DNA from: Octopus sinensis
Taxonomy: Eukaryota
Length of the DNA stretch: 64,000 bases
NCBI RefSeq assembly: GCF_006345805.1
Contig: NC_043001.1
Coordinates: forward strand, 35,774,001-35,838,000
Reading direction: 5' to 3'
Positions 1 to 14,552 of the stretch are shown piece after piece (the stretch's first letter is position 1; each line of letters starts with the position of its first letter). The translations under genes and the position numbers were made by a program. Below the pieces are notes generated by a model. It ran no database searches. It was not told the origin of the DNA and was given only the letters and a program-made list of their open reading frames with translations.

Positions 1-1688
1 GCGATGTGGATTTCCAGTGTGCCTATATCTCGGGTCTCTTGTTAATTAGCTCAACCTGCAGTATCTTGACAGATACCGATTCAGGCTGTAGATTTAGAAA
101 TTACCGGATTAGCGAACAATTAGCAGTATGTTCCGAAATTGTATTCAAGTCGCGGATGGAATCGACTTCTCTTTTCGTCATTAAGGATGTACTAATTAAT
201 ACCAGATGAACTAACCTCACTGTGTATTTTCATTCCATACTATTACTAATAATGTAAATCCTCATTAGTTTATTAATAACCTTGTTCTACAAATTTTTTA
301 ACCATTTGTTGCCAATGATGGAAATCGTCATCGCCGCCATCATCGCCGTCGTCGTCATCATCGTCATCATCATCATCCCTATCAGCACCATCATTATGGT
401 TTTTATTAACGATATAATCAACTCTCCTATATTCCCGATCCAGTTCCTATTTCAGAAACCGAAGTACTAGAGCCGGTTTAATTGACTATGCATTCACCCC
501 CGCCCCAAACAGACAGTTCTTATACCAATGTTAGACAATATATAGGAGTGATGGGTTGGTAGAATCGTTAGAACACAGGAAAAGAAATCTAATCAGTATT
601 TAACTAAATGTCTTTATATTCTGAGTTCAAAACGTGCTGGGGCAATTTTGCATTTCACTCTGGATAAAGTATGTTTGTCAAGAACTTCTTGGGTCGCTTT
701 GTCAAGAACTTCTTGGATCGCTAATATCTTCTATGTCCATCCACTGAATTTGCAACCTTGTTAGAGATGATGACGATGATGATGATCATCATCATCTTGT
801 TCTTATTATTACTAATGGAAAACGACATATAGCAAAAGCAATTGATCAGGTATTACCGTAGCTGATACTACAAGAAAAAAAAATTACACGTGCATATTAC
901 ATGCAGCCCAACATTATCAGCGCTTAACCATAACAAAAAATTTTCCGTGCATTAAAATTTATAGAGAGGGTCAACTTTCACATACAGGACCCGAAGTGAT
1001 TTTTGGTGACATTTGAAGGGTAGAAAAAAAGAGGAAAGAACAAAACAAAAACATGTTATATGTCATCAGATACGGTTATTTTTTATGTTGAGAAGTCAGA
1101 GTTCATATTTCGTTTCTCAAGGCAATGTGTTTCACTCAGGAAAAAAAACAAAAGTCTGCATTCCTATTGCTAAAATCACACTGTGTAACAAAATTTTTCG
1201 TTTTTTCCCCCCTTTTTTCTTGCCTTTGGTCAGAAGTGTTATTTTCTATTTGGTTCTGTCAACATATCAAAGGCAATGACTACTATTCCCTTCACATATA
1301 TCCTTCACACTTTGCTTTTGTGACCGGAAAAATCAATGTTTGAAACTAACCTGTTTTCTATTACATTTGAGACAGATCGCTATAGCAAACATTCTGCTCA
1401 ATACCACAGATTTGTTTATCAGTTGCTTGACCATAACCATTTGAGCATGTCCCTTAGTGGCTGACGATATGTGCATCTCTGATCACGAGCAGAAGTAGTG
1501 GGGGAAGCATTAAGACATGTGTTAAGGGGGGATTCTTTGGGGGTTGAATAAATGCAACAAAAGCAAAGTTTGAAGAAAATATTAGCCATTTTTCATAATT
1601 TCTAGGGGGTGAGCAAATAGGAAATAACAGTTTCTACCCAAGGACAAAAGTAGTCTTACATTGAGTAATCAAGGGAATCAGTAATTAC

Positions 1689-1855
1689 CTGAAATCATGA
1701 TCCAGATGTTTTGTTTTTTCTCGCCAGCAGAGTTACTCATTATACATGTATAGTTGCCTGTATCAATTTCTTCTGGATCTTCGAAAACAAGAGTACTGTC
1801 TTCCACTCGAATCATACCCATTTCACCAATTGGCATGTTGTTTCTATTTAACCAC
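1689..1855 (-). CDS. PTK7: PTK7-like exon D: C-terminal half of Ig4 (absent from ORF track)
   Basis: Acceptor tattttttttaag|G, donor TCAG|gtaatt. 167 bp = 1 nt + 55 codons + 1 nt: (R)WLNRNNMPIGEMGMIRVEDSTLVFEDPEEIDTGNYTCIMSNSAGEKKQNIWIMIS. DxGxYTC..N.AG resembles recalled PTK7 DAGVYTCHAANLAGQRRQDVNITVA. Next exon not found in 1-1688. Confidence 0.9.
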
Positions 1856-1959
1856 CTTAAAAAAAAAATAGAGAGAAATCACGTGTAAGCGAATTTTGAA
1901 CACAGATTCGTAGACACTCAATACAACAGGTGAAATGATAAGGGGGTAAAAAATTGTGA

Positions 1960-2165
1960 GAAAATACAGTTTATTCCATATTCAGTCACTGAGTTATGGC
2001 CATGCTGGAGCATCGCCTTCAAAGTTAGGAGGAAAAAAAAGCAAAGCCCGTCTTGACAAAAAAGGATACTACTGAGGATGTACTTGACAGTAAAAAGATG
2101 TGTATGTAAGCTTATGTGACTACGTGTGTGTGTGTGTGTGTGTAAGAAGACGCTTCCATGATGAG
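1960..2165 (-). mobile_element. SINE family A, diverged partial
   Basis: TTCAGTCACTGAGTTATGGCCATGCTGGAGCATCGCCTT tail motif. Confidence 0.55.
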
Positions 2166-2177
2166 AGGTTTTCAAAG

Positions 2178-2362
2178 CGAAAAGCTTTGCGGTATTTCGT
2201 CTGCCTTTACGTTGAGTTCAAATTCCACCGAGGTCGACGTTGCTTTTCCTCCTTTCGGGGTCGATAATTTAAGTACCAGTTGCATACTGGGGTCGATCTA
2301 ATCGACTGGCACCCCCTCCTCCAAAATTTCGAGCCTTGTGCCAAGAGTAGAAAAGATTATAT
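2178..2362 (+). mobile_element. SINE family B (Meta-domain-like)
   Basis: GAGTTCAAATTCC B box, then GAGGTCGAC...CCTTTCGGGGTCGATAA..AAGTACCAG, resembling the recalled MetaSINE central domain. Confidence 0.8.
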
Positions 2363-2799
2363 CTTCTCTCAGAAAACTTTAATCGCAGAAAAGCGTAGCT
2401 AAATTTAACGCAGATATGCGTATATTTTTTTTGTTTTATACTTTCGCAATCAAAATTTAAACGCGATTCAGTTCAACAAATGCAGTGAATATACTTTCTG
2501 TTTTCTAACACGTTATTTGTAATTAGTAATTCATTAATTTTTTAATCATTGCACTAGAATTCTAATTTGCGCATGATTTAAATACTGATTAGTTATAAGT
2601 TCTTTTCGTAGGCAGAGACGTGAAATGCTACTTGAGTCTATTGATTGATCAACGAATTTTGAAATACGGCAGGACAACTACCTTTATATTCTTGCGTACA
2701 AAGCGAATAAGATGTAATCACACATGGTTTGAAGTTCCATTGTGAAAGGTTTGAAACTACAACAAATTTGTCTTATATTTTGTAAAACATGCTGTGCGC

Positions 2800-2806
2800 A
2801 TATACA

Positions 2807-2846
<40 letters not shown>

Positions 2847-2862
2847 TAGACACACACACATA

Positions 2863-2897
<35 letters not shown>

Positions 2898-3396
2898 CAT
2901 ATATATATACATTTACATATACACACAAATATATATATATATAATATATATACACACACATATATATATATATATATGTATATTATTCCTATACATATAT
3001 ATTTCCATATATATATGTTTATATGTATATATATACATATACATATATATTTCCTATATATATATACATATATACACACATATATAGATAGACAGATACC
3101 TACATGTATACATACATATGTACAAATACATACATACATATGTATTATATATATATGTGTGTACAAATAGACGCGCGCGCGGGCGTGCAGAAGGGAAAAG
3201 CGAAGAACGCCGTTAAGAAAAATGAAGTAAAATAAGCATTCGTTTGTTTAGTAAATGTTAGAAAATTTTCACTGAAAAACAGTCGAAAAAAGATGCATTG
3301 TTGTTTCAGCTTATATATTTTCTGAAGTCTTTTTATTTTCACTTACTTCCCATAACACTAACGGTCTTATACATAGGTATATATATATATATATAT

Positions 3397-3429
<33 letters not shown>

Positions 3430-3780
3430 CACACATACATATATATATTATATATATATATATATATACATACATATATACACCACATATATATATATGT
3501 ATATATATATATACATATATATATACATACATACATACATATATATACACATACATATACATATATATATATACATACATATATACACACATATATATAT
3601 ATGTATATATATATTACATATATATATATATACATACATACATATATATACATACATACATATACATACATACATATACATACATATACATACATATACA
3701 TATACATACATATACATATGTATATGTATATATATATATGTATATATATATATTATATATATATATATATATAATATACA
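2800..3780. repeat. Two compound (TA)/(TACA) microsatellite blocks (2800-3165, 3375-3780)
   Basis: Direct reading. Confidence 0.95.
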
Positions 3781-4582
3781 TGTCTTTGTGAGAGAGAGAA
3801 AGTTTGTATGCCTTTAAATATTCGTATGTGTTCTTTCTTTTGTATTATGTATGGATAATGATATTAATCCGCAAATCTCCAGCTAAAACTGGAAAATATT
3901 TACCAGACAAATGAAAATAAAGACAAAACTTAGAAAAAAAGAGAACAACATTCTATCAAATGCTATTCGTGAATAGGATTACAAGCGTCAACTCAATTCA
4001 GTGAATTTTTTTCTCTTGCTTGACAAATAATGCAAGGAGAATTCCAAGTAAAAAATAAGTTGTGTGTAGATAGAAATTTTTTTAAAATGATCATTAAACA
4101 AGAAAATACTGGTACATTTAAGTAGTCTTTGAGCACGGTATATTTTAATCTGTGATATAGACAAGACGACAACTGTGTCAGCCTAATTCTGCATTGATGT
4201 CTTTGTGTCTTGAATATCTTGTAAAATTGTGGTTTGTTAAAATTTTTACGATACTCGTCGCGCAAAAGAATGAAGGAAGAAAAATTTAAGTAAAAAAAAA
4301 AAAATGGGAAAACCTGATTGGCGTCAAAAAAAAAAAATGAACCATCGAAAATAAAATATGTGAAACAAACATGTTGAAATCATAAGTGATTTGCAGTGAT
4401 GACGTGTAAGCTTTATAGAAAAGAATTAATATGCTTCCTTGGGGAGCGCGGATAAATCGAAAGAGTTTTCTGAAGTTGTGATTGCACTACAAAATATCAG
4501 AGACTCGCTCCTCACAGCAAGCTCACACATCATTTTATGTAATTGCAATTATGTTATATTTTGGGATTAATAAATGGATTAT

Positions 4583-4783
4583 TCTTTACTTGTTTCAGTC
4601 ATTTGACCGCCTGTAGTCGAGCAAATCGACCTCAGGACTTATTCTTTGTAAGCCTAGTACTTATTCTATCGGGCTCTTTTGCCCAACCGCTATAAGTTAT
4701 GGGGACGCAAACACACCAGGATCGGTTGTCAAGCGACGTTGGAGGGGGGGGACAAATACAGACACACAAACATATACGCATAC

Positions 4784-4840
<57 letters not shown>

Positions 4841-4877
4841 ATATATATACATATATATATACGACGGGCTTCTTCGG
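4583..4877 (-). mobile_element. SINE family A, 5'-truncated
   Basis: Family tail and body plus internal (TA)n; no tRNA head. Confidence 0.8.
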
Positions 4878-5603
4878 TATATTTATGACATATAAAAGAG
4901 CTAAGTAAAAAGAGAGGTGGAAAGAGAAAGAGAGACAGAGAATGATTAGAGAAAATCACGTGTAGCATGTCAACCATTGATTTCAAGCAGAGAGATTATA
5001 ATTTATTTAATTCTCTTGAAGAAGAACAATATGTTTTGCAGTCTGACTTTATTTTCACTTCATCTCCTTCCATTATTTTGACATTTTAGAACCCTCGCTC
5101 TTAGCCTTCCCTGTGTCTTATCTTGTAGCCGTTTATTTTCTGCTATGTAAGACACGAGAATACAAGAAAAGAATTCATTACTAAATGTCGACTTGTACAG
5201 ACTTACAAAAAGCATGACATTATTTATCGCTCTCTCTTTCTCAGTATATATATGTATGGGGGAGGGGTGTGATTACATATAGATATACATACTTAAACAC
5301 TTGAGCTTGTGTTGTGTAAAATATTTCCTATGACAAAAGCAAAATCACATTGAATGTATAAGCACAATTATTAATTATCATGCTGCTTTAGATAACAAAC
5401 CTTCGGTGCTCACGTTTATTCTTTGTACGTACATTAATATCCTTTGAGCACTAGTTCCGAAACATGTGCTTGGGAACATGTATACAGTTTAGAGCCTTTG
5501 GTAGATGCGGTACCATGAAAGGTAGAAGACATTTAATCAAGAGGAAATGAACCCGAAACTATAAGATTGCGAAGAGATCTTCTAAACTATATGCCCATGC
5601 ACA

Positions 5604-5835
5604 GGGCGGCGAGCTGGCAGAACCGTTAGCACGCCGGGCGAAATGCGTAGCCGTATTTCGTCTGCCGTTATGTTCGGAGTTCAAATTCCGCCGAGGTCAA
5701 CTTTGCCTTACATCCTTTCGGAGTCGATAAATTAAGTACCAGTTAAGCACTGGGGTTGATGTAATCGTCTTAATCCGTTTGTCTGTCCTTGTTTGTCCCC
5801 TCTATATTTAGCCCCTTGTGGGTAATTAAGAAACA
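5604..5835 (+). mobile_element. SINE family B, full length
   Basis: GGCGGCGAGCTGGCAGAA head to GCCCCTTGTGGG..AAGAAA tail. Confidence 0.9.
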
Positions 5836-6104
5836 TATATCCCCATGCACAGACATACAAACACCGTAGCATACATGCTGATGCAAGCGAGACTGCAGCG
5901 CGTGTTTGCAAATAGACGTGTGTATAAACGTACGTATCTTAAGACATAGGAGTAGAAAATTCTCAAGAAACATAAGAAAGATCAATGGAAGAATGTAGAA
6001 ATAAGTAATAGGAGTAGAAATACTTTATGAGAATTAGTGAGAGCTTATTGAAATTAGAAAACACAAATTCTTTACTTCATTTACAATTGTTATCATCATC
6101 ATCA

Positions 6105-6178
<74 letters not shown>

Positions 6179-6632
6179 CAAAATATAATAAATAGAATAT
6201 TTTGTGGCTTCTATCAGTATACAAATTCTAACATTGTTTCATAGAAAACTCAAGTAAAAAAAACTGGGGTATTATAATTAGGAAACTTAACAAAAAGTTT
6301 TAAATTCAAAGAAAAATAATCTTATTTGGATTCACAGAATTTAAACATATTTGATGCTTGTATTTATAGCTTTTATCTTTCTAACTTAATGAAATTCTAA
6401 TTCCGTTTTCATTAAAGGAATTTTTGATTTAATGATTAAATCAAGTAAGTTTTTCATTTTAGAGAAAGAATCGGCTCACAAATGTAGGTTGGTGTCTTGT
6501 ATCTTCAATAATATCATTATTCACCGATAAAAGAATTTAGTTTTCGGAACTGAAGATACCACCCACATGAATTTAGAGTGTTCATGTACGTCATTATTCA
6601 GTTTATTTCAAGATTTCTCGCCAATAGAGAAA

Positions 6633-6857
6633 TGTGGGTGGGGGGAGCAAACACAGACAGAAACATAAACACACATGCTTATATATATATATATATATAT
6701 ATACGACAGGCTTCTTTCAGTTTCTGTCTAACAAATCCACTCACAAGGTTTTGGTCGGCCCGAGGCTATAGTAAAAGACACATGCCCAAGGTACCACGCA
6801 GTGGGAATGAACCCGGAAACATGTGGCTGGTAAGCAAGCTACTTAACCACACAGCCA
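6633..6857 (-). mobile_element. SINE family A, 5' half
   Basis: tRNA-like head (TGGCTGTGTGGTTAAG...GGGTTCATTCCC) followed by ACCTTGGGCA (CORE-like start). Confidence 0.8.
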
Positions 6858-7689
6858 ATCCTTCGACCAGATCACTGACAAAATTCTGTGCTGCATTTTG
6901 TCAGTGAATCAGGTCGCGGTCTCAAAGCGACGAAAATACTTTGACAAATTAAATTTAAATGCTGAAGCGAATCTAACGGTTTTTGTGTGTTTTTAAATGG
7001 CTTATGAACACATTCCACGTTGCAATTGTTTTTGATTCAGCACACGATCTCAGATCTGGTCACTTGCTATGCAAGTACGTTTCTCTCTCTTTCTCTCCCT
7101 CTGTCTCTATATGTGTTTGTGTGTGCATATATTTGTATACTATATATATATATATATATATATAATATAATATATATAATATATATATATCTATATATAT
7201 TATAATATATATGCATAGATATGTAGAAGTTTGTGTATATCTATAGATGCACGTATGCATACTAAATATATTGCCAAGTTATTCAAACCACTTCAACAAA
7301 GCAGCGTTTAAGTCTTCGTAATCAAAATGTAATTCCCTTCAAAGGGTTCAACCAATAATTGTGAGATTACAACTAATTTGATGTTACGATATTCGTCTCT
7401 TGGGGATAAAAATAAAGCGGTAAATATAATATGCTATACCATATTAAAGAAAAATGTGCCTCGTATTGCATCGTTGTGGAATGTTTTATATACTTATATA
7501 TATATATAATTATATATATATATATATATATATATAGATATATATATATAAGGTATACAATTTCCCAATATATTGCGATACGTATAAATGAAATATTAAT
7601 TAAATTCCTGAAATATAGATACTACCACCTACGCATAACATATCACTTCACGTAGAAAAGCATACCAATAGATGTGAGATTTTAACAGC

Positions 7690-8230
7690 ATAAATATATA
7701 TATATACATACATATACATATATATACATATATATATATAATATATAAGATAATATAAATATATATATATATATATATATGATAATATAATATATATCTA
7801 TATATATATATATGATATATATATATATAAATATGATATATATATATATATAAATATGATATATATATAAATATATGAATATATATATAAATAATGATAT
7901 ATATATATATAAATATGATATATATATATATATGATATATATATATAAATATGATATATATAATATATATGATATATATATATAATATGATATATATATA
8001 TAAATATGATATATATATTAAATATATATAATATATATATATATATAGATATATATAAATATGATATATATATATATATATGATATATATATTATATATA
8101 TATATATATATATATGATATATATATATATATATGATGTATATATAAATATGATATATATATTATATATATATATATTATATATATATATAATTCAGAGA
8201 CATATATATATTATATATACACACGCATAT
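7690..8230. repeat. (TA)n-derived minisatellite with recurring AAATATGAT spacer
   Basis: Direct reading. Confidence 0.9.
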
Positions 8231-9385
8231 ATATTTATATGCATACACACAAACAGAAACACACATAGGATGTATAATCCTGTGCATGCAATTTCAAAAC
8301 TCAAACCATATAACGCACGTAGTCTTACGTAGAGCACGTATGTATCCTCTTTCAGCCTGACTCACAAAATATTGCAAGCTTTATATTAAGATAATCCAAT
8401 CTGTTATTAGCATATTGTTTTACGTTTAGGAATGCCTCGCACGCTTTACTTTCATGGAGAAAGCGAGATTGATATACAAATACACACGTATATATATATA
8501 TATATATGTATGCATACATTCAAAGACATATTTACTCGTGCCTAAGTATAAATGCGGGCACATATGGTTTTGTGCGTTTCGTAGTATGCGTATGATCCTA
8601 CATAATTGATTTATAGGGATGCGTGAGACGAACAAAATCAAAAACAGTCGCAGCGTAGTTAAGAAATGCAGATCCTTCAGGCTTTTTAGAATTAATCTTC
8701 ACATGTATCGTTAAGCCTATAATGCCAATTTGTTGAAATTTATTTGAGTGAAAATTGCTGAAATCCAATAGATCCCGGTAAATACTGATGTAGGATATAA
8801 TCCACTAGTACCAAAACGTAGAATGGGATTCGTTTAATAATTGGCTAATAAGAGAGTTTATATGAGAAGCAATTTATCATATCGAAACTGGCATTTAAGT
8901 AGCGATAATCTTGTGTCCTCCCCGCCGCACAACGTTTCAAGTATCATTTAAGTTTCAACGATAAGGTATGTAGATGCTTTTTGAATAAGGTAAACGTAAA
9001 TTTCTCTTTCTTAATTCTACAATACTCAAAGAAAGCGATTTTGATATACAAATACACACTTATATGTGTGTATATATACATATATATATATATATTATAT
9101 ATATATATATATATATATCTTTCTGCGTGTGCGTATACACACGCGTGCTCGCAAGAGGAGAGGGCCAGCTAGATAAGCTAAATAGACGTATATATATATA
9201 TATATATATATATATAGGTGTTTGCTCCCGACGCTAGAAGGCGGTAGGGGTTCGCCTCCCTGCTGGCATATCACGGATGCACCTGTGCATCATTAACCAG
9301 CTAGAGATGTCTTCTCGGGGTTAAAAAATCGCAGTAAAGTCCGTTCGAACGGAGAACCATGTTGAAGTGGCTACGAACATTATTT

Positions 9386-9437
<52 letters not shown>

Positions 9438-9448
9438 TAAGAGTTAGT

Positions 9449-9511
9449 AGACCCCTACATCTCACCAAATCAAAATAAAAATTATTTTTATTTGGTGAGA
9501 TGTAGGGGTCT
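9449..9511. other. Perfect 22-bp inverted repeat (hairpin)
   Basis: AGACCCCTACATCTCACCAAAT ... ATTTGGTGAGATGTAGGGGTCT with a 19-nt AT-rich, partly self-pairing spacer. Confidence 0.9.
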
Positions 9512-10484
9512 TCTATCTCTAAATTAAAATATATTTGTTCATTGAGAATAATTTGAAACTCTGTTATGCGGAATTTTTATTCCCTAAAAAATAATATTTA
9601 TATATATATATATATGCACTCACCACACACACACATATATATATGGCTACATATACGTAACATCTACACATTTCCATAGATACATAGACAATTCTATGTC
9701 CCGAGAAATACTTTCTACAAGGAAAGAAAGCAACAAAACATGCTTTATGTATGTTTGTGTATATGATATCTTAGATAGGAACAAAAACAAGACGACAGAA
9801 GTAGTCTTTCAAAATGCAGTCCATATGTTTTATGTTGAAGACAATTCTTTCATTCGTAATTCTCTTTAGCATTCAGTTATCTAGATTCCAAAATCGGTAT
9901 ATATTCCAGTGGGTATCAAGAAATATTTTGATGATGAAAAGAAGCCATCTTGTCTCAGAAATTTGCGAAGATATCATCATAGAAGTGTTCATCAAAACCA
10001 TTTCGTCTAGCTACGATCAAAACCATTTCTTCTAGCAACGAATATATATTCCCAGAGTGCAAACGTCTAATAGTTTATTCAACGCCCTTTCTAGTATTTT
10101 CTTTTGTCGTCTACTCTTAAGATGTTAGTCCCACCCCTTTACGTATTTATGTACCGTTTTATGCGGTTTCCTTGCTTAATTGTTTTTATGTAGCTATCTG
10201 TCTTCTTTTTGTGATTTAATATATGTTTTTTCTTCTTTCTGTGTTAAGGAAAAAATAATATAGAAGCAATAACACGTTATTTGGTATTATTTAATCCAGG
10301 TCATCCCTTATCAGCCGTAGATATTATCAAAGGAGTTCCAGCTATGACCATCCTTTATTTTTTTCAAACGTTGTTTACTTAGAACTGGATTAATGAGGAG
10401 ATTTGATTTCTTTCTCTCACTCTAGAGAGAAAGAGAGAGCGAGAGAGACAGATGAACCCCTTGTAACATATACATACACACACA

Positions 10485-10515
<31 letters not shown>

Positions 10516-10877
10516 GTATGTGTATGTATATATACACACGCACACACACATCTCAAAAGTAGATACACACCCTTCATCATACTGATTCGTCAGTGCGGAC
10601 ACAATTCATTGGTGCGATGCCCAACCGGGTTACATCTATAGAAACCTGTCTGTGCAAAGCATGTCTGCTAAATACTAAATTAAACATTCAATGCGTTTGC
10701 AACTGGTTAGTTCTATGTATGTCATCATAGGATTTTCAGTAGATTGAAAGACAATTGAGGTCACTCTAAAGAGGCGTCTGTACATCATGGAATTATTGTG
10801 ATAAACGATTGTACAAGACGAATACCACTCTTTGAGTCAGTATGGTTAGTACTTAGTGACAGTCTGAAGCGAGATGA

Positions 10878-11058
10878 TCAGTAATCACGTATTTCGTCTG
10901 TCTTTACGTTCTGAGTTCAAATTCCGCCGAGGTCGACTTTGCCTTTAATCTTTTCGAGGTCGATAAATTAAGTACCAGTCATGTACTGAGGTCGATTTAA
11001 TCGCCTGGCCCCCTTCCCCGAAAATTTTGGGTCTTTTACCTAGAGTAGAAAAGAATAT
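10878..11058 (+). mobile_element. SINE family B variant
   Basis: Same central domain; alternative tail (as at 2178-2362). Confidence 0.8.
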
Positions 11059-11408
11059 TATATTCGGGGTGGGGTGGGTAGTAGAAGCTGCAATAAATTA
11101 TAAGTCACACAGGCAATAGAATGGCTTCAACTCCCAAACAAAAAACAAATTTTCAGAAAAAATATTGCAAGCAATAATATAATTTTCTCGTCTTCATTCC
11201 ATCATTCCCGTTATCATCGCCATTACCCCTCCTCCTTTTCCTTCTTTCTCTTTCTCGTTATGACTATCACCATCGAATAAAGAAAAGAGACTCTCCGAAT
11301 TAAATCGGTTAATTAAAAATCGACTACTTTCAAATCACACACCCACCTCTCACAGGAAAAGAAAAACTTTCTGAGTAGGTATTCCGAAAAAAGACAGGAT
11401 TACCATAC

Positions 11409-11813
11409 TCTTTTTACTCTTTTACTTGTTTCAGTCATTTTGACTGCGGCCATGCTGGAGCACCGCCTTTAGTCGAGCAACTCGACCCCGGGACTTATTC
11501 TTTGTAAGCCCAGTACTTATTCTATCGGTCTCTTTTGCCGAACCGTTAAGTGACGGGGACTTAAACACACCAGCATCGGTTGTCAAGCAATGCTAGGGGG
11601 ACAAATACAGACACACAAACATACACACACACATATATATATATACATATATACGACAGGCTTCTTTCAGTTTCCGTCTACCAAATCCACTCAGAAGGCA
11701 TTGGTCGGCCCGAGGCTATAGCAGAAGACACTTACTTGCCCAAGATGCCACGCAGTGGGACTGAACCCGGAACCATGTGGTTGGTTAGCAAGCTACTTAC
11801 CACACAGCCTCAC
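11409..11813 (-). mobile_element. SINE family A, near full length
   Basis: Pol III A/B-box-like head, body, internal (TA)/(TG), (AAGAGT)n-type tail. Confidence 0.9.
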
Positions 11814-13000
11814 TCGGAATATTTTTAATCTTAATGTCTTATCGATCAGAGTTGTCTTGGTGATAAACTACAACATTCCCGAAGACCACCACGCCATCAC
11901 CGTCACCATTGCATCCTCGTAGTCCAGCCCACCACTGTTGGTGCTTGAATAGTTTAAATAGTAAATGATAAAAGGCATTAGTATAATTCCCCCATGTTTA
12001 TTTATTTTAGGGGGTGGGGTATAAAATAAGGGTATATTCTGATGCTCTTACTATTTCCTTAACATTTCCTCATGTTATTGTTCATACCATGTGACCCATC
12101 TGTGGGTCTCTTGCTTTATGCCAATTCTTTATCTACTTGGAAAACTGTCTGCGATGCTCCTTACCAATAGTTTGATTTATCTAAGAACAAGTAAGCAGTC
12201 ACAGACTAAGTGCAGCTCTCCTTAATTTTCTCGTTACAACGAGTTCAGTATATTTTTCTTTCGTGGTGGGCTTCAGTAGCCTTTGATGTTACAAGACACT
12301 GGATCCAAATTTTTCTTTCTTCCTTTTGCTTTACTTTTTGTTATTTCCTTTGTAATTGTTCGCCAGGTTCTTTGAGTTGCTGACGCTCTTACACACTACG
12401 CAGGGATTAAGTTTTGCAATGCTTACACCAAACAATACCATCTAACACTTTGAAGTCTCTCTCTCTACGATCTACAAACCTGTGTGTAAGTATGTACGTG
12501 AGTCTGTATGTGGATGATTCTGTGTATACGTGAGCGAATGGACGTATGTACGGTACCTTTCTGTTTTAATCATTTGAATACTTCCTACAAAGAAGAGATT
12601 GCTATGTAGCGAAGAAATTATGGTCGTCGCTTAAAATTTGCATAACAATGGCCGAGATTTACATGCGCTGAATTCTGCAAAAAAAGTTTGCACATTTTAC
12701 TGTACTTGCAGATGGGATTTGCAAAGTGCATATTAATTAGTTGGTCACTTTCTTTGCCTTGAAATCCCATTTTTTATAATTTGTTTTTACTCAGATATTT
12801 AGTAGCATTACGAGGTGTGCCAATAGTTATGAGTATAAATGTAAATGTTCACACACATTCGATATGCGAGTTAAAAACTGTTACTGAAACGAAATTTTGG
12901 ATCGTTCTATCAAAGAGAATTCCAAAAACCTGGATTAATGTCAATATATATAATTTCCAATTAAATTAACTGTAGAATCAACTATATATTCAACTACACT

Positions 13001-13470
13001 GAAGGCGGCGAGCTGGCAGAAACGTTAGAACGTCGGGCGAAATGAGTAGCGGTATTTCGTCTGCCGTTACGTTCTGAGTTCAAATTCCACCGAGGTCGAC
13101 TTTGCCTTTCATCCTTTCAGGGTTGATAAATTAAGTACCAGTTACGCACTGGGATCGATGTAATCGACTTAATCCCTTTGTCTGTCCTTGTTTGTCCTCT
13201 CTATGTTTAGCCCCTTGTGGGCAATGAAGAAATATATATATTTAAGTGGACTGAAGGCGGTGTGCTGGCAGAATTGTTAGCACGCCGGGCGAAATGCTTA
13301 GGTATTTCGACAGCCGCTACGTTCTGAGTTCAAATTCCACCGAGGTCAGCTTTGACTTTCATCCTTTCATAGTCGATAAATTAAGTACCAGTGAAACACT
13401 GGGGTCGATGTCATCGACTAGTACTCTCCCCACAAATTTCAGGCCTTGTGCCTTTAGCAGAAAGGATATT
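13001..13470 (+). mobile_element. Two tandem SINE family B copies (13001-13232, 13251-13470) with different tails
   Basis: Two heads (CTGAAGGCGG...GCTGGCAGAA) about 250 bp apart. Confidence 0.88.
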
Positions 13471-14391
13471 TATGTGCACTGGAAAGGATAAATAATAATA
13501 ATATCATGTCGAATCATTTTCTTCTTTCTTCTTCATTTCTTATGAAAGTAAGCCAGCTTAAGTACTGGCTCGACCACTTAGAAATAACAATCGAACTCCT
13601 TTAAATGGCTCCTTAGATATATGGAGGATATATTGGCCAAAATCGTAGATATACTATGTCTGAAAAAATATGTGGTGGTCATGCCTGGAGTGTCTTTATA
13701 ATAAGTCTATTCATATAAGACTGAAATATATTTAACAAAGTCAATAAATTAAATTAAACCCAAGAACTAATAATATTCACACAGCTGTAATATATTCCTT
13801 AAATTATTGCTGTCAGACAATTATTATTATATTATATAATTTTCTTATGCTAACACATTTCTCATTAAAAGTTTTCAATGCGAAGATAAAGAATTCAGAA
13901 ATATATTTTGAATTTGTTTGGGGGTAAAATGATTTGCTTTAAAAAGAAAAGACAATGAAAACATAATGTCTGAACTCTGATTTAATATGGAGGTCTTGGA
14001 CTGATGCCAAATTACCACCAGCAGCGACAGAAGTTATAATCTATCTCCACACGAATGCCATATGGATAGCAAACATTGACAGAAGGTTATATATTGCAAT
14101 ACAGTAAGAAATAAGCTAAGATCGAACGTTATGAATAGCTTCAAGACATCACACATATTTCACTCATTATCACCTAAACTATCTCACCCGATCTCTCTTA
14201 TATAATATCATTCTTTATTTTATACTCTCTTAATATTCGATTTCCCCTTCTCTTTGATTTAGTCTATCATTCTTAAACTCAATCAAATTTCTTTCTATAT
14301 AATGGCTATTTCAAGCGGTCTTACTAAAACTTTGTCTTCCCGTATATGTAATTTTCCCAAACATAAACCACATGTATCAAAACAGAATTTA

Positions 14392-14552
14392 AGTTAAGTT
14401 TTTGGCTCAAAAAGCAAAAGCAAGGCCATTTAGGGGGACATGGAATTATGTACAGGGAGGGTGTTCATGCAAAGAGTTCAGGCCATTTCTGGTCAAGAGA
14501 AACTTTGAACCGAGCGGTTGTCGGCATCTTCACTATCTCGTCCGGCAGCTTC
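14392..14552 (-). mobile_element. CR1/L2-group LINE 3' end (ORF2 C-terminus plus 3' UTR)
   Basis: Reverse strand encodes QKLPDEIVKMPTTARFKVSLDQKWPELFA*, matching the typical W-N-x-L-P...F-K-x-x-L-D end of CR1-group ORF2. Confidence 0.7.

Noticed and set aside
674-721. Small tandem duplications (24 bp at 674-721, ~25 bp near 9992-10041, 15 bp at 22866-22895, 16 bp near 19960-19990)
   Set aside because: Ordinary slippage duplications with no functional signal.
1-1688. Search for the next PTK7 exon (Ig5 start) and for exons upstream of 60528
   Set aside because: No phase-1 exon with Ig-like sequence was recognisable; these exons presumably lie outside the window.
2684-3817. Long ORF-track entries rich in Y/I/C/V/H/T (also at 25.8, 34, 40, 46, 50.6 and 63 kb)
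   Set aside because: Translations of (TA)n/(TG)n/(TACA)n microsatellites, which lack stop codons in several frames; not genes.
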